18,623 bases of DNA. It comes from Octopus sinensis. Lineage: Eukaryota. Position 1 is the first letter of the stretch, and every line of letters starts with the position of its first letter. Positions 1-11,322 of this stretch are shown here, in pieces. The position numbers and the translations under genes are program-made. Under the pieces are notes generated by a model. The model saw nothing but the letters and a program-made list of their open reading frames with translations, did not search any database and was not told the origin of the DNA. The DNA lies in NCBI RefSeq assembly GCF_006345805.1, contig NW_021824455.1, positions 1-18,623 of the forward strand, in the 5' to 3' direction.

Positions 1-1162
1 ATTTCTAGGGATTCAACACTTAGATTTGTTTGCAGATCTTAATGGGGTGTGTTTTGCACATATGTTCATGATGGTGTCTACAAGTGACTGCCAGGACTTT
101 TGATGTTAGTGGGTGTGTATGTGTGCGTGAAGGACCAATCGACTTGTGCAAGATCATTATTGATCACTTCCCAGTTTGCATTGTGGAAATCCATAGTGTC
201 AAATTGATGAACAGGAGGGATGACATTTTTTGCATTTTGGCCAGTGAAATCTCAGATCACAGAGAACAGCATGGTCAGAGAGTAGAGTAGGTTTTCCACT
301 GCAATTGTGGATAGTATCAGTGTGATTGTATCAGTTCAAGAAGCGATTCCACTGCCTCTCTGTCAGGGGTTGAGAGAGAAGAACCTGGCGGCAGACTGTT
401 TGTAGACCAGTCAACCCGGGAAGGTTGTGAAGTCTCCCATCATTAAAATGTTGTCAGGTTGACACTGCTGCTGAATGAAACACTTTATGCTGTTGAGGCA
501 TTCCTGAAGCATGGTAGGGGCGTTTGGGGTGGTCTGTAGAGCCCAACTACTGTTAAGTTGTTGGTTTGACTGAATACAGCGACTGCTTCGCAGTATCCAT
601 TCGAAAATATGTTCATGGCTTCTGTTGAGAATGAATCATGGACATAAATGGCAGTCCCACCCTTTCTTCTGCCAGCACGATCAGCACGAATGGTTTTGAA
701 ATTTTTAACTTTCACCTCGGCTTCCAAGTGGAGGTCACTAAGATGGGTTTCAGTGAGGACGAAGAAAGGGATGTGGTTTGGATGGGCATCGACCCAGTCC
801 TCCAGGAATCTTATCTTCCATTGTTGTGTATTGGTGGAAGGGCTGATGCCTGGGCATTAAGCAGAAATGTTGAGGCGAGAGTGGATGGTTTTAATTGTTT
901 GGTGATTTGTTTATTTGATTGCTTTTTAATGGCATGTGCAGTGGGGTATTTGTGGTGGATGGTGGTGGGTGATAGCTCGGATGTTTTTTTCCAGTTCTTT
1001 TGCTAGATTCATTATCGCTAAAAAAGAGAGAAGAGAGAGATAGGTGGTTTCCTGTCTAGGGGACCGCAGGTGACTGTGGCCGCCGGCTATTTTATGTGAG
1101 TGGTTATCTTTAAATGTCCGACGAGTCCCCGGGAGATGGGTAAAGGGGCAATCCCCGTGCAG
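1..1162 (-). mobile_element. Decayed CR1-group LINE, 5' portion (AP-endonuclease region), running off the left edge; different family from the + strand copies
   Basis: Minus-strand translation gives APE motifs across frameshifts: FLLNAQ, FFVLTETHL, RADR..RKGGTAIYV, GLYRPP, LMMGDF, then DFHNANW (cf. NFHKANW in the copy at 4972). Segment 1012-1162 is assigned as leader only tentatively. Confidence 0.85.
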
Positions 1163-1197
1163 ATATATATATATATGGAGTGTATATATATATAATT

Positions 1198-1231
<34 letters not shown>

Positions 1232-1237
1232 ATATAT

Positions 1238-1271
<34 letters not shown>

Positions 1272-1273
1272 CA

Positions 1274-1311
<38 letters not shown>

Positions 1312-1422
1312 CATATATATATATATATATATAATCCATATATATATATATACACATCCAATATATATATATATAAATATATATATACACACCATATATA
1401 TATATATATATATATATATCAT

Positions 1423-1459
<37 letters not shown>

Positions 1460-1635
1460 TATATATATACACATCATATATAGATATATATATATATAAA
1501 TATTATATATACACATCCATATATATATATAATAAATATATATATATACACATCCATATATATATATATATAGATAACACATCCATATATATATATATAT
1601 ATATATAGATATATATATATATATTATACAACATC

Positions 1636-1670
<35 letters not shown>

Positions 1671-1720
1671 TATAATATATATATATATAATATATATATA
1701 TATATACACATATATATATA

Positions 1721-1963
1721 ATAGTGAATGGAAGAAATGAAGTTGAACGAAGATTGTACAGAATCCTTTTATACATTCTACACATGTTTCAAAGGCCACA
1801 ATTTTCCAATTCTGATTAAATAAGGATACCATATTGCAGCTTTCTCTTCAGGAAAAACCAGGAATTACGTTGTCAGAACAAAACAAAATATTTGCTACCC
1901 AGGTATCGGTTAAACTTTTGAATAATCCGTAACAGATAATTCATCTTTCCATTTCAACAAAAA
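1721..1963 (-). mobile_element. Penelope-like pseudo-LTR fragment carrying a hammerhead ribozyme
   Basis: Contains a complete hammerhead core on the minus strand and is flanked by (TA)n. 1916-1956 recurs inverted at 10992-11033, so it is a dispersed repeat. PLE origin is inferred from the known PLE-hammerhead association. Confidence 0.65.
1776..1854 (-). ncRNA. Type I hammerhead ribozyme
   Basis: Minus strand: UUC-CUGAAGA-[GAAAGCUGCAAU...AUUGUGGCCUUU, 11 of 12 pairs incl. G-U]-GAA-ACAUGUGU-A-GAA. Stem I UUC/GAA, self-complementary stem III, GUA cleavage triplet at 1781-1779. Confidence 0.7.
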
Positions 1964-1971
1964 CATATATG

Positions 1972-2005
<34 letters not shown>

Positions 2006-2010
2006 CACAT

Positions 2011-2062
<52 letters not shown>

Positions 2063-2086
2063 AATATATATATACACATCCATATA

Positions 2087-3580
2087 TGCAGTCCTCTTTC
2101 AGAGCTTCCTTGCAGCTGGCAAACTTCCAGGAAAACTGAAGGAAGGTAAAATATGCCCCATTCATAAAGGAGGTAGCAGAGCGGAAGCCAAGAACTATAG
2201 ACCTATCTCTCTGACATCACACATCAGCAAGGTCATGGAACGAATAGTCAGAAGGAAGCTGATCACCTTCCTTGAAGAGAATGACTTGCTGCCCGACACC
2301 CAACATGGTTTTCGACCAGGGAGAAGCTGTTTAACTCAGCTCCTACAACACTATGACTGGGTGCTGAAACGGTGCTCAACCACTCAAATGTGGAAGTGAT
2401 ATATCTCGACTTTGCAAAGGCCTTTGAAAAGTCGATCATGGAATGATATGTCACAAACTGCGTGATCTCTCCATTAACACACAAATAGTGAGCGGTGTGT
2501 TCCGCAGGGCACTGTCGGGACCACTACTGTTCATAATGGCCCTCTCAGACATGCCCTCAGCCACGCAGAGAGCCACGATCACAAGTTATGCAGATGATAC
2601 AAAAGTTTCACAGGCAATACAGAACCCTGAGGACACTAAACACCTGCAATGTGAGCTGGACGAAATATACAAGTGGGCTGAAAAGAATAGCATGCAGTTC
2701 AATGCTGGAAAGTTTCAAGCTTTATACTATCAGCATGCAAAACTGAATGCAATACCAATGAATACACTGACCCGGAGGGATTGCAATCCCAGAGGCACAA
2801 TTAGTGCGTGACTGGGTATTCACATGAGTGATGACGCGACCTTTCATGTACATTTTGCTAAACTGACAATGAAATGTAGACGGCTGGTGGATGGATTCTT
2901 AGAACCTTTAGAACAAGAGAAACAAGAAACCATGATGGTCCTCTGGAAGACACTGTCCTAAGCCACTTTGACTATTGCTCTCAGCTATGGTCACCATCAG
3001 TGTCAAGTTGATCACAGAACTTGAGGCGATCCAACGAAGCTACACAAAGAAGAATAGCCTCTGTGCAGCATATAAGCTACTGGGAAAGACTCAAGAGATT
3101 AAAATTATATTCCCTGGAGCGTAGGCGGAAAGATAGCCATAATATACATCTGGAAGATCTGGAGGGAAGTGTCCTGACTTTGGCATCGAGAGTTACGCAA
3201 ATGCCAGAACTGGGCGCACTGCGTGGTGCCTAGGACTCCAAACCGCCATCAAGATGTAGGACAAGATTCTGTGATAGCCTGGGCTTCCGAGGCCCACAGC
3301 TCTTCAATATCCTCCCGAAGAACCTGAGATACCTGCATGGGGTGGATACAGATGTCTTTTAAAATGAAGCTGGATCTCTTCCTGTCAGGTGTCCAGATGA
3401 ACCAACTTCACGGCAGGAGGGGAGGATGGCAGATGAGGGCAGTGCATCGAACTCTCTCATGCACCAAATAGCAGTTGCTAGAAAGCCTCCATGAAGTGAA
3501 ACCAAGTAGCAACACCAAATGGCGGTGCCCCAGCATGGCCACAGCTCATAAGCTGAACTAGAATCAATCAATCAAAATCA

Positions 3581-3584
<4 letters not shown>
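2087..3584 (+). mobile_element. 5'-truncated CR1-group LINE copy A (RT pseudogene + 3' UTR + (AATC)n tail)
   Basis: [52 protein letters not shown], with many frameshifts and an internal deletion at ~2470. Highly similar to 5690-7230. Confidence 0.95.
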
Positions 3585-3610
<26 letters not shown>

Positions 3611-3613
<3 letters not shown>

Positions 3614-3816
3614 CGTTAATCCAAACATGAAAACACAAAGAGAAACCACAACAACACGAGGACGTGGAACAATATAGTATTATTGGACGCTCAGGAAAGA
3701 AGGAAAGAAGGAGGGTTTAACGTTTCGAGCGGAGCTCATAGGAAAAGGAAAGTTCCAAAGAAGGGAATACGGAGAAAAAAAAATCGACAACGGTACACAC
3801 GCGGTTACATTTTGAA
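3611..3816 (-). mobile_element. Penelope-like pLTR remnant with partial hammerhead motif
   Basis: Minus strand 3737-3714 reads GAGC-UCC-GCUC-GAAACGUUAAAC (stem II, GAAA box, palindromic stem III), but the CUGANGA box is absent. Flanked by (TA)n. Its left end resembles 7301-7364. Confidence 0.5.
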
Positions 3817-3989
3817 TATATATATACATGTAAATTTAAGTTAAAAATAATAAGGGTGAAAAATTGAATATTAATTTGATTAAAATGAATTTAAAACCAG
3901 TGGTGTTACATATAAGACCATAGCGGATCTTCTTCTAGCAAAATGGATGTCCACTGTTAATGGTTCATCCCTCTTATATAATAGTTTCA

Positions 3990-4239
3990 CTTTATTAGTT
4001 TCACTATTAAAGTGAAAGCATGTAACATTACAATACAGAGCTGTTTTTGTTTCACTTTTAACACGTAATACCGAAATAGTGGAGAAGATATAATATTGCT
4101 GTGGGCTCGCCCTCAGCTAGAAGTTAAAGTAAGGCATGTGCAAAATTTGAATAAAATTGGTTGTGTAGTTCTCAAGTTTTAGGGATTCACACGGACAGAC
4201 AGACAGACAGACACACATTCTCAGGTTTATATATATAGA
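3990..4239 (-). mobile_element. 5' part of a non-autonomous Helitron-like element
   Basis: Minus strand starts A|TCTATATATATAAA, followed by (CTGT)n and AACCAATTTTATTCAAATTTTG, paralleling the 5' end of the element at 17824. No 3' hairpin/CTAG found and the left boundary is approximate. Confidence 0.55.
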
Positions 4240-4246
4240 TATCTAT

Positions 4247-4283
<37 letters not shown>

Positions 4284-4309
4284 CATACATATATTTATAT
4301 ATATATATA

Positions 4310-7226
4310 TACTCAAATTCGGTGTGTGACACACTAATTGTACATATAAGGCAACTTGGCGTAGTTATATGTGCTCATCATCATTGTTCGACCGTGGTCG
4401 AGACAATGGAATTTACTATGTTACGCCAGACTTCACGGTCCATCATAGCATTACGGAGGTCCTTTTGCTGGATGCCTGTATCCCTGGAGATTACATCAGG
4501 GTAGGAGAGTGTGCGCCCTCTGGTATTGCGAGTAGATGGCTTCCAGATGCTACATATCGCCCTCCAGATGCCCCAAGCCATGTAGGCAAGTTTGAAGACT
4601 GCCTTATAAAAATAGAAGTTCTAGTCACATTAGAACAACACATAAGTGTACTTCTTATAGGAGACTTCAATCTGCCCAATGTCAGATGGCCCGAGGGCCT
4701 TTCTCTCCCAGGAATAACTCGATGCGAACGAGAACAGGCGAGGTCCCTCCTGAACCTCATCAACACTCTGTACATGGAGCAAGTAATACTCCAACCAACC
4801 AGGGCAGGTAACATACTGGATCTCTGCTTCACAAATAATATGGATCTCATCCATAATGTGAAAGTGACACCGACACTACTCTCGGATCACAACATGGTAG
4901 AGCTGACCATGTACGGGCCAAAGGAAAGCATGGGCATGTAGTCTACAAGAAACTCTCAGAATCTTTCCAGCTTGAACTTCCATAAGGCAAACTGGAAACA
5001 AATTGAGAAAGAGATCTTCAAACAAAACTGGCCTGAATGTCTCTCCTCGCCAGACATCGGCATGAAACTCCAACAATTCATGTCTGTAATGCAAGCCATA
5101 TGCTACAAATGTGTCCCAGAGGAGAAGGCCACTGTACACAAGAACAAATCCCAGAGAGAGAAAATTCTAATAAGACGGCGTTTCAAATCGCCTAAACAAA
5201 CAAATTGAAAGCAGTGAAAAGTCCCACCTGAAAATAAAACTGTTGGAAATTGAAAAATGTCTGCAACTCTCCCATGAAAAAGAAAGAGCAGACAAAGAAG
5301 CCTGGGCTATAGACAACATAAAATCTAACCCCAGAGCTTTACAGATATGCAAAGAAACAGAAACAGCTACGGTGCACTGTAGGATAGGGCCACTCCTTGA
5401 AAAGGATGGCACAATTACAGGAAAACCAATGAGGGTAAGTGAAATACTGAATGAGCAATTCAAGAGTGTTTTCACTCCACCCCTTGGGCATCTCCAAATC
5501 ACCAATCCAACTGACTTCTTTACCACTGCAGATATAAAATCAGAGGTAGCGATGATTGATTACATCAATATAAAGGAAGACGATGTACTAAAGGCTATAG
5601 ATGAAATGAAAACAAACTCAGCTACTGGCCCCAATGGATTCCCAGCAATCCTTCTAAAAGTATGTAAGAGAGTCCTAGCAAGACCACTGCAGTTCCTCGT
5701 TCAGAGCTTCCTTGCAACTGGCAAACTTCCAAGAAAACTGAAGGAAGGTAAAATATCCCCTATTCATAAAGGAGGTAGCAGAGCGGAGGCCAAGAACTAC
5801 AGACCTATCTCTCTGACCTCACACATCAGCAAGGTCATGGAACGAATAGTCAGAAGGAAACTAATCACCTTCCTTGAAAGAAATGACTTGCTGCCTGACA
5901 CCGAACATGGTTTCCGACCAGGGAGAAGCTGTTTAACTCAGCTCCTACAACACTATGACTGGGTGCTGAAACGACTGCTCAACCACTCAAATGTGGAAGT
6001 GATATATCTCGACTTTGCAAAGGCCTTTGATAAAGTCAATCATGGAATGATATGTCACAAACTGCGTGATCTTGGCATAGTTGGAAAATTGGGAGAATGG
6101 CTTCATGACTTTCTGAAGGATAGAAGTCAGGTGGTAGTAGCCATTAACACGCAAATAGTGAGCGGTGTTCCGCAAGGCACTGTTTTGGGACCACTACTGT
6201 TCATAATGGCCCTCTCAGGCATGCCCTCAGCCACGTAAAGAGCCACGATCACAAGTTATGCAGATGATGCAAAAGTTTCACAGGCAATACAGAACCCTGA
6301 AGACACTATGCACCTGCAATGTGAGCTGGAAGAAATATACAAGTGGGCTGAAAAGAATAGCATGCAGTTCAATGCTGAAAAGTTTCAAGCTTTATGCTAT
6401 CAGCATGCAAAACTAAATGCAATACCCAATAAATACACTGGACCTGGAGGGGTTGCAATCCCAGAGGCACAATCAGTGCGAGACCTGGGTATTTACATGA
6501 GTGATGATGCAACCTTTCATGTGCATGTTGCTAAATTGGCAATGAAATGTAGGCGGCTGACCGGATGGATTCTTAGAACCTTTAGAACAAGAGACCAGGA
6601 AACCATGATGGTCCTCTGGAGGATACTTGCCCTAAGCTACTTTGACTATTGCTCTCAGCTATGGTCACCATCCAGAGTCAAGTTAATCACAGAACTGGAG
6701 GCGATCCAACGAAGCTACACGAAGAAAATAGCCTCTGTGCAGCATATAAGCTACTGGGAAAGACTCAAGAGATCAAGACTCTATTCCTTAGAGCGTAGGC
6801 GAGAAAGGTATGCCATAATATACATGTGGAAGATCCTAGAAGGACTTGTCCCAAACTTTGGCATCGAGAGTTACACAAATTTAGCATCAGGACTCCAAAT
6901 TTAGCATCAAGATGTAGGACAAGATACTGTGATAGCCTGGGCTTCAGAGGCCCATAGTTCTTCAATATCCTCCCGAAGAACCTGAGAGACCTGCATGGGT
7001 GGATGCAGATGTTTAAAATAAAATGGATCTCTTCCTGTCAGGTGTCCCAGATGAACCAACTTCACGGCAGGAGTGCAGATGAGGGCAGCTGCATCGAACT
7101 CTCTCATGCACCAAATGGCAATTGCTAAAAGGCATTCGTGAAGTAAAATCATGTAGCAACACCAAATGGCGGTGCCCCAGCATGGCACAGCTCTTGAGCT
7201 GTGAAACTAGATAAAATAAAAAAATA

Positions 7227-7230
<4 letters not shown>
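4310..7230 (+). mobile_element. 5'-truncated CR1-group LINE copy B (partial APE + RT pseudogene + 3' UTR)
   Basis: APE motifs YSNSVCD..TYRPP, IGDFNLP, PTRAGNILDL, LSDH. RT motifs in ORFs 5243-6238 and 6308-6904 (YLDFAKAFD, SGVPQGTVLGPLLF, YADD after an in-frame stop). A-rich tail. Confidence 0.95.
4376..4547 (-). mobile_element. RTE-like LINE 3' fragment inserted into CR1 copy B
   Basis: Minus-strand C-terminus WKPSTRNTRGRTLSYPDVISRDTG..AMMDREVWR..*, followed by a (TGA)n tail. TGCT is duplicated at 4372-4375 and 4548-4551. Confidence 0.85.
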
Positions 7231-7302
<72 letters not shown>

Positions 7303-7384
7303 ACGGGAAGCTTTATGAAAATAGACAAAAGACGAAGGCAGGTGGAATACAAACAAACAATTGTATATATATATATATATTGAT

Positions 7385-7535
7385 AGACGTAGGAGTGGCT
7401 GTGTGATAAGTAGCTTGACAACGAACCGCAGTGTTCTGAGTTCAGGCCCACTGCGTGGCGACTTGGGAAAATGTATTCTATTAGAGCCTAGGGCCGACCA
7501 CAGTCTTGTAGATGGAAACCGAAAGAAGCCCGTCG
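7385..7535 (+). mobile_element. tRNA-derived CORE-type SINE, 5' half
   Basis: A-box-like TGGCTGTGTGA, B-box-like AGTTCAGGCCC, CORE-like CTGCGTGGCGACTTGGGAAAATG. Ends GAAAGAAGCCCGTCG before the internal microsatellite and matches 11794-11902. Confidence 0.85.
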
Positions 7536-7554
7536 TATATATATATACATATGT

Positions 7555-7596
<42 letters not shown>

Positions 7597-7828
7597 GTAT
7601 GTATGTATATATGTATATATATATATACATATATACATAAATATATATATATATATTTTATAATATATATATATATATTATATATAATATAATATATATA
7701 TTTATGTAATATATGTATATATATATATATATATATAATATATATGTATATATATATATATATATATAATTATATATATTATATATAGGTGAGAAAGTTG
7801 GTGTGTGAAAGCACGTGGTTGAATATAT

Positions 7829-8042
7829 AGAAAAATAGTATAAAAAGTGAAAAAACTACAGAAGGCTTGTTTTAAAAGGTTAAAAAATATATATTTGAGT
7901 CATTATGTCAGAAGAATGTTATAAATTTTTTTCATACAGTGACATAGTTTTTGAAGAAATTACCGGTTTCGTGTATAAGTTTTCAAATTTCTCAATTCAT
8001 TGTAAAGTATCATCTAGATGTGTTGCGTGCAACTCACAAACA
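7829..8042 (-). repeat. Inverted 5' copy of the pseudo-LTR
   Basis: Reverse complement of 10523-10733 with only a few differences. Confidence 0.95.
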
Positions 8043-10409
8043 ACTCATACAAACAAAATTACACCCAACATTTTTTAGCCCGGGACCAGAGACACCAGGA
8101 CACAGGCTGGAACCTAGTAATAAGGAAAAACCGAAGATAATCAACCTTTCAACCAAACCTCTCTCTAACATAAAAATTGACATCCTCTCAAAAGGGCTCA
8201 AATTTACGCCAACTCCACGCAGAGCCAACCTAAATGAAATCAAGGATAATATAACAGAATTTTGCAGAAAATTAAGACTAGCAGAAGCATCAACCAGTTT
8301 CAATACTGAAGATGAATCACTAGTCAAGAACAAAAGTGAACACATCCCACACAGAGGAAGAAATAAAGATCTTGATGAATTCTGTAACCACATTGAGAAC
8401 TTTCCCTACCATACTACACATAAACAGACAGTTAACTCAAATTTTAACACTACACAATGGAAGGAACTGATAGAACTTCAAAATGATGAAGATATAACCA
8501 TTAAGGAAGCAGACAAGGGAAGTGCAGTTGTAATAATGGATACATCATACTATAGAAATCTTGTAATTTCCTTGCTTGATGACAATCAACATTATGAAAA
8601 AATCACCAACTACACCCCGCAAAAAATAATGAAAACTCTATCTTCACTAATTAAAACCCATGAAAAGGAACTAACAGCCAAAGAGATTGACTTTCTAACA
8701 AACTTTAAATGCAAGCCTAGCCTCTTCTATGGTCTGCCAAAAATTCATAAAAGCCAAATTATAAATGAAACCATTAAAAAATCACCAAAGACATACATAC
8801 ACACACCTAACCTGGGGGACCTAAAACTACGACCCATTGTACCTGGCCCAACCTGTGAAACACACAGATTAAGTCTATTTATGGACATCCTCCTGAAACC
8901 CTTCCTTAAACATATCGATAGCCATATCAGAGATAACTTGGATATGTTAAACCACCTTCCAAAAAAAGCCAAGGAAGAAACAATCATGGTTTCATTTGAT
9001 GTAGTTGATTTATATACCAGTATACCTCATAATTATGGACTAGAGGCAATACAGTTCTGGCTGGACCAATTTCCGGCAGAAATACCAAAAAGGATCAGTA
9101 AAGAATTCATTACTAAATCGGTTGAATTCATCCTACATAATAACCACTTCATGTTTGACAATACATTTTACCGTCAAAAATCCGGAATTGCTTTGGGTAC
9201 AAGGGCAGCACCAGTCATTGCGAACCTAACAATGGGCTATCTGGAAATAATTATTTACCAGGAATCTTTATCAACCTTTGGAAACCCCCTCTCTCAATAC
9301 ATAAAAGAGAATTGGAAACGATTCCTGGACGATTGTTTTATACTCTGGAATGAAAACACAGATAAACTCCTAAAATTCAAAAACCTATTGAACAGCATCA
9401 ACCCAAATATACAGTTCACAATGGAATACAACCAAAAGGAGCTCCCATTCTTAGATATACTAATTTAAAAAATTAACCTTAAAATAGAAACAGACATTTT
9501 CTACAAAGCCACAGACGCCAAACAATACCTACTTTTTGATTCATGCCACCCAAGACACACTAAAACAAACATCCCTTTCAACCTTGCAAGAAGGATATGC
9601 ACAATAGTGTCAGAACAAAATACCAGGAACTTTAGACTACAAGAACTCAAAAACACCCTAATTGACAGACACTGCCCGGCTCAACTCATAGAGGATGGGA
9701 TCAGACGTGCAACAGAAATCGACATAGAAACTTTGAGAAAAGTTCAACACAACAACACACCTTTCACGAAAATACTGCCTTACATATCCACATACAACCC
9801 CAGAAACAAAGAAGCCTTCACCATCATCACCCAGAATTTACCAATACTTCATAAGGACCCCAAATTAAAGGAAATTCTAAACATACATAAAATCATTAAA
9901 AGCTACAAACAACCTAAATCACTTACAAAGATTCTCACAAAGGCAAAATTGCTTTCTGAAATTACGGATGCAAAAGTAAAAAAATGTGGTAGAACAAACT
10001 GTGCAACATGCCCAAACCTTCTAGAAGGATCAGAATTCCTCTTCAAAGGGGACAAAAATTCAAGATCAAATCTAATTTTACTTGTGCCTCTGAAAACATA
10101 ATTTATATCATAAGATGCTCGGGCTGCCACCAAAACTACGTGGGGTCCACGGGACTATCATTCAGACGTAGATGCACACTGCATCGACAACAACTTGCAT
10201 TCCCAGAATACAGAATGATACCCTTTAGTGGGCATATTGAGAAATGCGCAGAGCAACTACTACCACAATTTTTAATCTTTCCATTTTATCAATGTGCTAT
10301 AGGAACACGAACACAAATTAAACTAAACAAGGAAACATTCTTCATTGAAAAATATAAGCCCAAACTTAACCATTCTAACATTCTTATACAGAGAAACTCA
10401 CCCCTTTAA
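8043..10409 (+). pseudogene. PLE reverse transcriptase / GIY-YIG endonuclease with two lesions
   Basis: IINLS, LSKGLKFTP, ADKG, YGLPKIHK, LRPIV, SFDVVDLYTSIP, RFLDD, LPFLD, CGRTNCATC, CASENIIYIIRCSGCHQNYVGST. In-frame TAA at 9466-9468 (ORFs 7951 and 9607 share a frame) and a 1-nt frameshift near 10050. Confidence 0.93.
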
Positions 10410-10522
10410 AAAAAGGCAAGAAATATTAAGCGATTATCTCCCTTACACCGGAAGAAATCACTTATTACCCCCCCTTACCTGGAACTCTTCTTTACACTTC
10501 TTAACGAACGAAATCATAACAA

Positions 10523-10733
10523 TGTTTTGTAGTTGCACTCAACACATCTAGATGATACATTACAATGAATTGAGAAATTTAAAACTTATACACGAAACCG
10601 GTAATTTCTTCAAAAACTATGTCACTGTATGAAAAAAATTTATAACATTCTTCTGACATAATGACTCAAATATATATTTTTTAACCTTTTAAAACAAGCT
10701 TTCTGTAGTTTTTTTCACTTTTAACTATTTTCT
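10523..10733 (+). repeat. 3' pseudo-LTR
   Basis: Downstream of the stop codon and inverted relative to 7829-8042. Confidence 0.95.
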
Positions 10734-10743
10734 CTCTCTCTCT

Positions 10744-10844
<101 letters not shown>

Positions 10845-10894
10845 ATATATATATTATATATAATATATATATATTATATATATATACATACATA

Positions 10895-10938
<44 letters not shown>

Positions 10939-10991
10939 TATATATAATATATACATATATATATATACATACATACATATATATATATTTA

Positions 10992-11032
10992 TGAAATGGA
11001 TAAATGAATTATCTTGTTACGGATTATTCAAA

Positions 11033-11033
<1 letters not shown>
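10992..11033 (+). repeat. Short fragment of the same family as 1721-1963
   Basis: Reverse complement matches 1916-1956 with about 3 differences. Confidence 0.85.
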
Positions 11034-11079
<46 letters not shown>

Positions 11080-11322
11080 TGTATATAAGTATATATATAT
11101 AGGTATATATATAAACTGAAAGAAGCCCGTCGTATATATATATGTATACATACCAGTGGCGTGCGGTGACTTCCGGGGCTGGGCATGCAATGAATTTCTC
11201 CCCCCCCCCCCGGGCAATTTTTCAGTAAAAAAATTTTCGAATTCCTACGATTTACATATGGGAGATTCTGAATATGCAATCAACCCCGTATGACCTAGAA
11301 TTAAAAAAAAAAACGTCGCCCT

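Larger units (their letters stand above)
1163..2086. repeat. Compound microsatellite (TA)n punctuated by CACATCCA units, interrupted by a 240-bp insert
   Basis: (TA)n runs repeatedly broken by cacatcca/catcca in both 1163-1720 and 1964-2086. Confidence 0.95.
7787..10733 (+). mobile_element. Penelope-like element, Neptune type, with inverted 5' pseudo-LTR
   Basis: RT + GIY-YIG coding region bracketed by ~210-bp inverted repeats, with (TA)n/(CT)n flanks. Confidence 0.93.

Noticed and set aside
1059-1160. Possible HDV-like ribozyme at the LINE 5' end
   Set aside because: A P1-like helix exists, but I could not build P3/L3, P1.1 and P2 on either strand.
1087-1832. Long Ile/Tyr-rich ORFs here and at 7149-7663, 10774-11279 and 15663-15897
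   Set aside because: They are translations of (TA)n microsatellites, which lack stop codons.
7385-7455. tRNA gene
   Set aside because: The A/B boxes belong to a SINE head, with no cloverleaf.
8034-8987. Antisense ORFs over the PLE and LINE coding regions
   Set aside because: Shadow frames with no recognisable motifs.
7829-10733. DNA transposon with 210-bp TIRs
   Set aside because: The interior encodes a PLE RT/GIY-YIG rather than a transposase, so the repeats are inverted pLTRs.
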